Source: a virus. Taken from it: 64,000 nucleotides of DNA. Below, piece after piece: positions 56,101 through 64,000 of this stretch (position 1 is its first letter; the number at the start of each line of letters is the position of its first letter). Both the position numbers and the translations under genes were made by a program. Where the stretch lies: IMG/VR virus record IMGVR_UViG_3300025769_012879, positions 1-64,000 of that record; one strand, given 5' to 3'. The notes beneath the pieces are model-generated. The model ran no database searches. It had not been told where the DNA came from and saw nothing but the letters and a program-made list of their open reading frames with translations.

Positions 56101-59100
56101 GATGACAGTATCTTTAAAAAGGATAGTCGTCCAAGCAAATACTATTTTGCAGTTGAGACAAGTTTATATGATTCAATATCACATGACATTCTTGGATTCT
56201 TTGCTTCTATTAACGACTTTAATAGTCTTATTGGAGCACCTGAAAATGCATATCGACCAAACTACAAAAACTTAGAAAAACTAAGACAATTGTTTTTTGA
56301 AAACGTAACAAATGAACCTGATTTAGAAAAGTTTGTAAATCTTTACAAATGGATGGATGGTGCATTAGACAGTGTTATTAGCAACTTAATACCTGCTTCT
56401 GCAAAAACATCAGACCAAGTTAGAAACATAGTTGAAAGTCACATACTAGAAAGAAGTAAATATATAAGAAAATACTTATCAGTTTTGGAATACACTATTC
56501 CATTTAACGCCAATTTAAACAATAATAGCAACGTTCTATTGCCAACTAATGAAGGTGTGACAAGTATACAGATTAATCCACCTTCAGGTGCTCCTCTTGT
56601 CAGCACAATTAAATCTGTGTCTTCAATGACAAACTATGTTGACTCAGAAATTATAGGAAATACATCTCCAAAATATAAACAAGGATTACAACCTGGAAAC
56701 AAAACGTTTAAGGACAAAACAAGTTTTGCTACAAGTGCTGAACTTAGTACGCCAACAGCGCAGACTAAAGATTCACCATCTCAAATTGTTAGTTCTAAAG
56801 ACTTATCATCGCCATTGCCAGGAACCTTTTTTGGATCACCTCTCGATCAGGGTACAAAGCAGTTATGGTTCTTAAATAAAGCAGAAAGAAACCCAGGCGG
56901 TCTTTTATCAACTGGTGTTGAATCTGTTGATGCTGCAAGAGTTCAGCAACAATATAACAATTATCAGGTTTTAACTGGTTCTAGACAACCCGTTTACACA
57001 TTTAGAGCAAATGCTAGTAAACCAATATCACAAAATACAACATATGGTGGCGAAAATAAAAAGTCTTACTTTGCTAGTTCTTTCAATGGTACTAATGACG
57101 AAACTAAAGATGGATTAGATATTGAAGTCCTTAAAACCGTTCTGAACCGTGATGATCAACCTTACTATGACTATGTTGACTCTTTAGATCGAACTTTTGG
57201 TGGGCATAGAATGCCACCAACAAAAATAACAAATCTATCAAATTCACAGAATTTGAATGGTCAAAATTATTTGCCGTTTAACATAATCAGTGCATCAACT
57301 GCGGTGAATGCTTGGCAAGAAGAATTATTTACAGAAGGTCACGAGATTGATATTGTTTCATCTCACCAAGATTACGTTGTAGATGGTGGATCGCTACAGG
57401 GACCATTTACCAAGGATCATGCTGGTGGGTGGATGTATCGACACAATGCGCCACTTTTAACATCTTCACACCTGAGAAAAGAAGGTTATACCTTCATGCC
57501 AATAAACTCTACAAACCTAAGAGTTTTAAGTCCAAGATATTACAATTCAGGCGGTAGTCCAGTATACAATTCAGCGCGACCATATGGTGCCCTTTTAAGA
57601 GAAGAAGTGGCACAAAGACCAGTGGTAATAAAAAATATAAGTGGGTCAAACTATTTTCACGATTACCAGATAGTGCAAACAGCAGGTAGAAAAGAAAATA
57701 ACAGATATTATGTAAAGTCCAATGGATACACTGGAACAGTAAACAGTGTAAGTGATATTGGATATGACGAAGCAGGAGTCTTCATCTACAAAGATTTCAC
57801 TGTTTTAAACAGAGATACAACAGGAAGTAACACCTTTGTAATTGTAAACAGGTTTAGTGCTCCAGGCGGTCCAGAAGTTAGTTCATTCTCTTTCTTGGAT
57901 GTTGAGGCAGCAGAATATTCAGTTTATAACAATCTCAACTATAGAAACTTAGTAGTTAGAATTGAAAACAATAAGTTGTTGACAAGACACACATTGACAG
58001 GTGGTTATGATTCAGTTCTTTTACAACCAACAGCATCTTTTTACAAACCTCAAAGAAATGGTGTGTACACTGTATCCTCTTCATTGACAACAGTTGAACC
58101 AGTATTTGATAACTCTTACGTTAATTACTCAATCCCAAGAACAGATGTTCAATACGCTTGGGTAGCAAGTTCTTGGATTGCGAGAAAAACAGGTTATCCC
58201 AATGAAGCAACACTAACTTCTGATTCTGGACTCTTAACTGCAAGCGGAATAAATAATCTCGGTGGCAACGAAAGCGACTTTGATTACAACATAACTTCTA
58301 GTGATTACTCACCAGTTTATGGTTTCAGATTTTCCGAAAACATAAGAAACATAGATAAGAGTCACGCTCAGTTTGAAATTAATAGCAACAATGAATCAGT
58401 GCCATTTAATGGAGTAAACTTTATAATTGTAGGTGATGTAGATACCGACAATAATCTCTTTACCACTTCATCAACAACTGAAGGTAATTATTTATCAAGA
58501 GCAACATTTGACTCATCAACATCACCATTAGTTTTGAATGCATTCTTATTGTCAGAAAATGGTCCATATCAATATCCAACATTCAAACAAATTAGAACTG
58601 CTGATCACAGGGTTGCTAGAAAGTTAAGAAAAGAGAATATATACGTCAGCAATAGAGACAAATACATTCTTGGCAACACCAAAGTGTTGAAGAACGGTGA
58701 AAAGTATACTATTAATCAGACTCCAGTCACAAACAAATACAAACCAGTTGTTCAATACATAGATGATACAACTGGTACAATAAAGTACGAGTTTGGTAAT
58801 GATTTAAATTACTTTGCAACAACCTATATCTCATCAGCAAATGAGAACGTGAATTACAATTTTGAATTTAACGTACCAAGAAATGACATCTTAGATACTG
58901 ACTTTTACAAGTTTAGTCAAAAATATAAGATTGTAAGATACAAAGAAGTAAATTACCCAAAAAATGAAAACCAATACAAGAATGAATCAAGAAATCGAAT
59001 AAACTACTTGTCTTTCTGGGTAAGTGATGACATTGAAAACAGAATTGATAATTCTTTTGTCAACTCTCAGGGATACACAATTAGTGGTTCAGAATGGTCA

Positions 59101-61983
59101 ATGGACGTTAGTCCATCTGGATCAGGAGAGGAAGAGAAGTCCGGTGAATTAATGAGAAACACTGGATCTACTGGTGTTGGCACTGTAGCATTTGGCGAGG
59201 TAAATGCAAGATATGCATTCAACTTGGGTGAGTGTAGACCTAAAAACTTAGTTCAATCTCAAGCAGGTACTGGTGCCTTCTACACAACTTATGAAGACTT
59301 TTCAGCAGATACGAGATTGATTGGTCAAGACGAGACCATAGTTCCAGAGTTTACTATATCTGATTACATAGATACAGTTGTAAACGAGTATCAGGGCAAC
59401 TTCTTAAATGAGGATATCTACGGATACACACTAACTGGTAGTGAGGATTTGCATGGTAATCATTTTGCTGAAAGATTTTTAAAGACCGAAAAAATAGATT
59501 ACTTGAAAGAGTTAAAAGAGTTTTATGGCGAACCAACAGCAATCAGGTTAAGTTTTGACGCAACAAAGAAATTGTTGCCAAGAACTGGATTTTATCCACA
59601 ACAGAGAGTTGTGGAACTAGCACAACAGTTCTCGTCTTCTTATAAAGACTCTACAATTACCATTGGAGCAACAAACTATACCAACCCAACCGGCGGCGGT
59701 GGTGAAGAAACATGGTCAACTGCATTGTTGCCATTTTGGGCACCAGGAGTTGGTCTCAACTCCATTAAATCAGGTTTTGCAGTAGAATTTCCTTATAAGT
59801 CTACTGGCACTGCGGATCCAATTGCTGGAGTTGAAGAAAGGTTTGATGCAGCAGCACCATTTGAATCAATTTTAAGTCCTAGCGAGTATGTTGAATTAGT
59901 TTATCACATAGCAAATAGTGGAACAGCAGAACTACAAAGCACCGCGTCAGTCAATAAAACAGACGGGGTTTACGAGATGATGTCACACAACTTCTTTGCA
60001 GAGGTTCCAGACTTCTTCTTAGAAGACCTTGCTTCATTTAGATCTGCACCTGCTGCTACTTGGCAGTTTGAAGGACCTTTATCTTCTAGCACTGATGGCG
60101 TTAAGAAGTTTGCTATGGACATTTATATTGAAGATCCAGTCGATTTCTTAATGTACGGTGGTGGAGATGCATTTGGACCTTTCCCATACAACAACCATGC
60201 CCCACCTGGATATTATTGGAACTCTTCTGGTGTCATTCCCGCTGAATATTGTGAGTTCTTAACAAATACGGGTGCAAATCGTTCTGGATATACAAGAGCA
60301 AAAATTGTTTTTGATCCAACAAACCTTCTTTCTACTGATGGAAGGTTGGGTAAAACATCTTTCTCATTGCAAGATATTGTTGCTAACTCTACAATAGAAC
60401 ATACAAACTTCTTAGTAGAAAGAGACGGTGTGTCACCAGCAGATACCACATTTATGACTCTATCTGCAAGTTTGGACATGTTTGTTCAGGGCGAAGAAAA
60501 CAGATGGATAATTAGAAGTAAGTGGGAGTGTCCAGTTCTGAACTTTGCTGATGCTACCGCAGAAACAGATGGTTCTGAAACTGCTGTTAAAGGCATGTGG
60601 CACCAGTATGGAGAATTAGCAGGTTCTAATGCAAGAAAAAGATTGAATGTTAGGGTTGACGATTCAGAATATATTAATAGTACAGCAACTGGGTCCTTGG
60701 CAGAAGCGGTTGGTTTTGACAAAAAGTCTATTGCGTTTGGTAAAATAAAACCAAAGAAGGTTGTAGAGGAAGCAATTTGTGCAATTCCTTACTATGTTGA
60801 CTGCGACACTGGTGAAGAAAAATTCTTTGAAATTCCAATGAACATTTTTGAAAACAGATATTCATTGGTAAGAAGAAATTCAGTAACAGTTGATTCAATT
60901 TCAGATATGATCAGAAAGATGGACAAGTATGTTTTACCCCCACCATACGATTTTGTCCACATCCGTGACAGTAAAAACTCTGCTTTGAATAGTAAGGAAG
61001 ACTTTTTACCTGCAAGACCACCTTTCTCTATTTACTTTTTTGAATTCAATAGTGAATTGAGTAGACAAGATCTTGCAAATATTTGGCAAGGTGTAATGCC
61101 ATCAATCGCGACATCAGCAGAGAAGCAGAAGGTAGTTTTAGAGCACCCAATTGTTGATGGCGAGTTATTATCACCAACAATCTTTAGATACAACAAGTTG
61201 ACAGGCATACCTAACGACATTAAGTGGAAGATTTTTAAAGTCAAGAAAAGAGCAGCATACGATTATTACAGAATGTTGCAGGATAAAACAGACTCCCCAA
61301 CTTACAAGAGGTTGGGCGTAGATAGATTCTCTTTCAATTACCCATACGATCAATTCAGTTTGGTAGAACTTGGAAAAATGGATGTTGAGTTTGAAGTATT
61401 AAATGATGCTCCAAGTAGAATAAAAGAAATTTCTGGAGGTGGATACGTCAGACCCGAAGAGGCAATTGTAAGGTCTGCTGGCATTGGACAACCAGTTCAA
61501 GTGAGAACTTCAACAACTCAACAAGAAACTACAGCAGATAGAGAAGTTCAGAGAATAGCGGAGACAGTGGATAGAGAGGTTCAGACGATCCAGAGAGAAG
61601 CGGAAAGTGTACCAAGTACAATAGATCCTTTTGTACCTACTATCCAGACAACTTCCACAGCGCCTGAACCAACAATAGAACCCTTTGTTCCAAGTTTGCA
61701 AGCATCGTTAACAGCAGGAACACCAACAGTTGAGACATTTATACCTAGTGTTGACAGGGGTGATGTGACAGTAACCACAAGCACTGTAAACGAATCAGGA
61801 ACAATTACGACAGGAGATCCACAACTAGCGCAGACATCAATTTCAGTACCTACTTGTACAGAAGATGATAAATCTGAGTATGACGCACTACAAATACTCG
61901 TCAGTGATGTGGGTTTTGCAGCACTTCCCAGAGAACAGCAACTTAGATTCAATGAGTTAGCGCAGAAATGCCCCAGAAACTAA
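53149..61983 (+). CDS. Giant baseplate/tail protein (2944 aa) with LamG-like domains
   Basis: TVEFWMK..WHHYAF..FYVDG..GSIDEVRLW; gp7-like KSKGTEKSFRNLFRCFG; ATAATTA upstream at 53135-53141. Confidence 0.8.
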   Translation: MGTKSFFNKQKSQEVKVRGQEKSTIADIRDDIESEDYVKEHTIDKLNFLPELDFEDPKNFVKYGSAKDYYVDLVDSVVQSYPYDGSLAEKLNYRNGLVAIQKHEFDKNYPRFVGYANFGDESYSAVLGTPFTVGDITFTFGQNVTDHYVITDNYSKNLVYNSTSSQVGSIELNFSEGVTVEFWMKKEFFPDPSETQNEVIFSISNERTATDLFQITTDVTGSGKEKLYATFSKTTSYEPEFVYEFDTGISQSNGLGLADGNWHHYAFAFSTSSTGYVGEFYVDGRFREKKFYTHPSPQFNLTGTLDATVAASSHYTYLGDGSLLGSIDEVRLWKTARNAKEIGVNYFFDVGGGGNTDTTKVNDNNPLGLSLYYKFNESNTGDSNVDSVVLDYSGRLTDGVWVGYNTTSRTSGSAIIESGTTREVGEPIIYSTHPDVVTYKADKITSGSLYDAENIGSMYDMLPQWISDDDAANGLLIRKMMQIMSSYLDTLHAQITAISQLQDGSYVSGSNAKPNPFSKRNLISYGFDIPDVFIDPGVIEEIYFKDEKRVYEEKLYNLKNLIFQNIFNNLNYINKSKGTEKSFRNLFRCFGVDNELVRLNMYADGQEYELKENYVASQAKRNIIDLSGYNDGNSRSSVIYTFADPSKSTDETGDSGYIPSSSNVYIPLTFENQFQFPKFVDFPDNYLDKLSKVSLFGVHSASSDTTSTTIPTGDLNFKVYAETNTNNKTQFVLETNIGTVTELTSSFYEDVYDNTNWTFAVRTKPREYPFAQHVTASDVFDLEFYGVNYVSGYKLHEFTASAEVNLNDDIGQFITGSNKRLYVGADRENITGSLNYKSNTRLVSSRVWFDYLEDQELRNHAKDVTNYGREYPYQNSFIFENGESESYVPRISTLALHWNFENITGSDSSGKFLIQDTTSGSSYELDSRFAGGEYSRYVGPNYSGQGSEFSTNSTDVVDFLFVDTAEQQLPENLYSSDLIEIRQGDDSIFKKDSRPSKYYFAVETSLYDSISHDILGFFASINDFNSLIGAPENAYRPNYKNLEKLRQLFFENVTNEPDLEKFVNLYKWMDGALDSVISNLIPASAKTSDQVRNIVESHILERSKYIRKYLSVLEYTIPFNANLNNNSNVLLPTNEGVTSIQINPPSGAPLVSTIKSVSSMTNYVDSEIIGNTSPKYKQGLQPGNKTFKDKTSFATSAELSTPTAQTKDSPSQIVSSKDLSSPLPGTFFGSPLDQGTKQLWFLNKAERNPGGLLSTGVESVDAARVQQQYNNYQVLTGSRQPVYTFRANASKPISQNTTYGGENKKSYFASSFNGTNDETKDGLDIEVLKTVLNRDDQPYYDYVDSLDRTFGGHRMPPTKITNLSNSQNLNGQNYLPFNIISASTAVNAWQEELFTEGHEIDIVSSHQDYVVDGGSLQGPFTKDHAGGWMYRHNAPLLTSSHLRKEGYTFMPINSTNLRVLSPRYYNSGGSPVYNSARPYGALLREEVAQRPVVIKNISGSNYFHDYQIVQTAGRKENNRYYVKSNGYTGTVNSVSDIGYDEAGVFIYKDFTVLNRDTTGSNTFVIVNRFSAPGGPEVSSFSFLDVEAAEYSVYNNLNYRNLVVRIENNKLLTRHTLTGGYDSVLLQPTASFYKPQRNGVYTVSSSLTTVEPVFDNSYVNYSIPRTDVQYAWVASSWIARKTGYPNEATLTSDSGLLTASGINNLGGNESDFDYNITSSDYSPVYGFRFSENIRNIDKSHAQFEINSNNESVPFNGVNFIIVGDVDTDNNLFTTSSTTEGNYLSRATFDSSTSPLVLNAFLLSENGPYQYPTFKQIRTADHRVARKLRKENIYVSNRDKYILGNTKVLKNGEKYTINQTPVTNKYKPVVQYIDDTTGTIKYEFGNDLNYFATTYISSANENVNYNFEFNVPRNDILDTDFYKFSQKYKIVRYKEVNYPKNENQYKNESRNRINYLSFWVSDDIENRIDNSFVNSQGYTISGSEWSMDVSPSGSGEEEKSGELMRNTGSTGVGTVAFGEVNARYAFNLGECRPKNLVQSQAGTGAFYTTYEDFSADTRLIGQDETIVPEFTISDYIDTVVNEYQGNFLNEDIYGYTLTGSEDLHGNHFAERFLKTEKIDYLKELKEFYGEPTAIRLSFDATKKLLPRTGFYPQQRVVELAQQFSSSYKDSTITIGATNYTNPTGGGGEETWSTALLPFWAPGVGLNSIKSGFAVEFPYKSTGTADPIAGVEERFDAAAPFESILSPSEYVELVYHIANSGTAELQSTASVNKTDGVYEMMSHNFFAEVPDFFLEDLASFRSAPAATWQFEGPLSSSTDGVKKFAMDIYIEDPVDFLMYGGGDAFGPFPYNNHAPPGYYWNSSGVIPAEYCEFLTNTGANRSGYTRAKIVFDPTNLLSTDGRLGKTSFSLQDIVANSTIEHTNFLVERDGVSPADTTFMTLSASLDMFVQGEENRWIIRSKWECPVLNFADATAETDGSETAVKGMWHQYGELAGSNARKRLNVRVDDSEYINSTATGSLAEAVGFDKKSIAFGKIKPKKVVEEAICAIPYYVDCDTGEEKFFEIPMNIFENRYSLVRRNSVTVDSISDMIRKMDKYVLPPPYDFVHIRDSKNSALNSKEDFLPARPPFSIYFFEFNSELSRQDLANIWQGVMPSIATSAEKQKVVLEHPIVDGELLSPTIFRYNKLTGIPNDIKWKIFKVKKRAAYDYYRMLQDKTDSPTYKRLGVDRFSFNYPYDQFSLVELGKMDVEFEVLNDAPSRIKEISGGGYVRPEEAIVRSAGIGQPVQVRTSTTQQETTADREVQRIAETVDREVQTIQREAESVPSTIDPFVPTIQTTSTAPEPTIEPFVPSLQASLTAGTPTVETFIPSVDRGDVTVTTSTVNESGTITTGDPQLAQTSISVPTCTEDDKSEYDALQILVSDVGFAALPREQQLRFNELAQKCPRN

Positions 61984-61986
61984 TTA
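61980..61986 (+). promoter_or_regulatory. Putative late promoter CTAATTA
   Basis: Overlaps the stop of the giant gene, upstream of 62006. Confidence 0.45.
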
Positions 61987-62005
61987 CTGATAGAGAGAGT
62001 ATTGA

Positions 62006-62884
62006 ATGACGTTTTTTAATAAAAAAGAGGAAGTAGTTGAGTTGAAACTGACTAGGGTTGGGCGAGAAAAACTCTCTCAAGGAAAGTTTGCTCCAACACA
62101 CTATGAATTTTTAGATGAAGACGTATTGTATGATAAGTACAACTATATCTCAGGTTCATACGAAGAGCAGAATGAAATAAAAAAAAGAATTAAAGAAAAT
62201 ATATCTTTAAGATACCCAACTGCTAAACAGGGAGCAATCTCATCTAAAGGCACAAAATCAATAGAAAATAAGTTAATAGAGAGTTTGGGAACTTTCATAC
62301 CTTATTCAAATTTAAAACCCGCTTGGGATTTAAAAGCAATAGACGGAACAATCTTCACTGGATCTGGTGAGATTGAATATACTTCACTAGAGGCGCGAAG
62401 AGAGGGAACTGTTAACCCTTCTTATGAGAAAATACCGCAGTTAGATTTAGTATGTGATTATAACTACAACATCTTTATTTTATTTGATAAAAATAATACA
62501 AAAAAGAATAAAGATTTCTATGCTGCTGTGGACGAAAATCCATTTATTACAATTAACGACTTATTGAAGGAGGATGAATTTGACGCATTTATGCTTTTCA
62601 AAAAGGGGTTTAACGATTTTACGATGACAGTCGAAGAGGATAACGTTTTAAAAGAAAAAGAAATGTTTACCTTGGAAGTTTATGAATACAAATATTCTAA
62701 TGAATTTCAAAAAATAGAGTTAGAAAAACTTTACTTTGATTCAGAGGACATAGATGAGACCTCTGTGCAATGGTATTTTGACATTTCAACTGATGGTGCA
62801 GTAGAACCAGCAAGAGAAGGTTTTACATTTGTTAATGAAAAAGTTGAAGTTGAAGGACCAGATGATGAGTGCGAGGACGTTTAA
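62006..62884 (+). CDS. Virion structural protein
   Basis: LTRVGREKLSQGKF..Y.F.D...YD N-terminal motif; tail-operon context. Confidence 0.6.
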   Translation: MTFFNKKEEVVELKLTRVGREKLSQGKFAPTHYEFLDEDVLYDKYNYISGSYEEQNEIKKRIKENISLRYPTAKQGAISSKGTKSIENKLIESLGTFIPYSNLKPAWDLKAIDGTIFTGSGEIEYTSLEARREGTVNPSYEKIPQLDLVCDYNYNIFILFDKNNTKKNKDFYAAVDENPFITINDLLKEDEFDAFMLFKKGFNDFTMTVEEDNVLKEKEMFTLEVYEYKYSNEFQKIELEKLYFDSEDIDETSVQWYFDISTDGAVEPAREGFTFVNEKVEVEGPDDECEDV

Positions 62885-62898
62885 AGAGGTTATCTAAT

Positions 62899-64000
62899 AT
62901 GGCAATTTTAACAAAAGATTCACTCATAGAAAGTCAAATCCCAGGTCAGAAATTATATCCTTTTGGGTCTGATCCTGATTTATCTGCGGTTTTAGCACAA
63001 AATTTTTTATTAAGTGGTCAAAAAATCATCTTTGATTTAAAGGTTGATAAGGATTTTTCTGCTGACTATGACTCATTTAGAATTGTAAACTTGAGTTCAA
63101 AAAGTATTGCAAAATTAAAAGAAGAAAATTTTCCATTTAATTTAGGTGACGAAACATTTGATATATTGTTTAATGAGAAAGACAATTCAAGAGATTACGT
63201 TTTAAAAGATTTAAATAAGATAGAGTTAGACTATGGTAGTGACAGTACAGGAAGAGTTTTAGTAGTCTTTGTTAACGAACCAAAGAGATTGTCAGAGATA
63301 TTTTTACTTTCATTTAGTTTAGAAGATGTTCAAATAGCAACTAAGAAAATAGTTAAGCAAAAAATTAAAGTTAAGAAAGGTAATGATTTCTTCTTTAAAG
63401 AACTAAAAAAGAATACGTTAGTCTCCAATCTTTTATTTTCCTACTCTAAGGATAAAGATTTAAGTGGGTTGTTCTGTGTTGATAGGAAAGCAGTCGCAGA
63501 AAAATATGCCGCTTTCCCAAATTTAATAAAAGAAGCAGATTTGAAAATTTTTGATGAGTTTTTATACAAAATCAAATTTAAGTTTAGAAAGTACGATAAC
63601 TCTAAAAATGGTTATTCAATTGCCAATAACAGAGATATTAATGTAGATGAGATTCTACCAGTAGAGAATCTTATCGTAAAAAATTCAAATTATATGCGGT
63701 TTTATAACTTTAAACAAAAGTTTCACGATTCTGTATCAAATTATCAAGGTTCAATCAAATTGTTTGTTAATGATGTTAGTATAAGAATTGCTAAGAATAA
63801 ACTTGTTAATTTACAAAAGAATAAAAAGCAAATAGATCCAGAAACTTTAAAAACTTTTATTGATGAGGTTTACGGTAAAAAGATTCCAAGATACCTAATG
63901 AGGTATAGACTAAACATAAATAATCTCTCAATAGAGCAGTTAAAGAAACTAGTTTTGCTTTTGGAAGACGAAATAACTTTAAAAATAGATATTGCATCTG
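62899..64000 (+). CDS. Hypothetical protein, runs off the window (MAILTKDSLIESQ...)
   Basis: GAGG SD; frame read by hand stays open to 64000. Confidence 0.75.
   Translation, partial: MAILTKDSLIESQIPGQKLYPFGSDPDLSAVLAQNFLLSGQKIIFDLKVDKDFSADYDSFRIVNLSSKSIAKLKEENFPFNLGDETFDILFNEKDNSRDYVLKDLNKIELDYGSDSTGRVLVVFVNEPKRLSEIFLLSFSLEDVQIATKKIVKQKIKVKKGNDFFFKELKKNTLVSNLLFSYSKDKDLSGLFCVDRKAVAEKYAAFPNLIKEADLKIFDEFLYKIKFKFRKYDNSKNGYSIANNRDINVDEILPVENLIVKNSNYMRFYNFKQKFHDSVSNYQGSIKLFVNDVSIRIAKNKLVNLQKNKKQIDPETLKTFIDEVYGKKIPRYLMRYRLNINNLSIEQLKKLVLLLEDEITLKIDIAS

Noticed and set aside
3344-61952. Many 60-165 aa antisense or alternate-frame ORFs in the track (e.g. 3650-3994, 27059-27487, 41580-42074, 61581-61952)
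   Set aside because: Fully nested in well-supported genes, no SD or motifs; shadow ORFs.
1-64000. Stop-codon recoding
   Set aside because: Long uninterrupted ORFs and tight packing in the standard code; TAA, TAG and TGA all end genes.
1-64000. tRNA, rRNA or self-splicing introns/inteins
   Set aside because: Intergenic gaps are too short and show no cloverleaf; no interrupted conserved genes or intein motifs recognised by eye.

Overview
64 kb of an AT-rich, gene-dense large (jumbo-type) myovirus genome in the standard genetic code. I saw no tRNA, rRNA or CRISPR array. Layout: (i) 1-2150: tiny ORFs overlaid with a dense array of IHF-consensus-like sites, ending in a non-coding GGGTACCC/poly-C segment that may be a genome end or packaging site. 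(ii) 2183-24567: accessory and probably head-packaged proteins, many with short N-terminal leaders ending in Glu and multi-domain polyprotein layouts. Domains include a kinase-like fold, Nudix, Pol-beta NTases, a ligase-like KWDG domain, a HIGH NTase, zincins, a pre-toxin-TG-like segment and a DUF2272-like amidase. The block also holds a myxobacterial-type lipoprotein and a CglF/GltF-like gliding-motility peptide, suggesting a Myxococcota/Bdellovibrionota-like host. (iii) 24570-30170: purA, ClpP, PIN-PhoH and a Cas4-like nuclease. (iv) 30176-43319: glycosyltransferases plus WbpB/WbpE/WbpD-like and HisH/HisF/amidotransferase genes for an acetamidino di-N-acyl uronic acid sugar, with no flippase or polymerase in view. 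(v) 43840-64000: late sigma factor and baseplate/tail genes, one carrying an annexin-like repeat. A recurring CTA(T/A/C)TTA element looks like the late promoter. All family calls come from motif recognition by eye; no searches were run.
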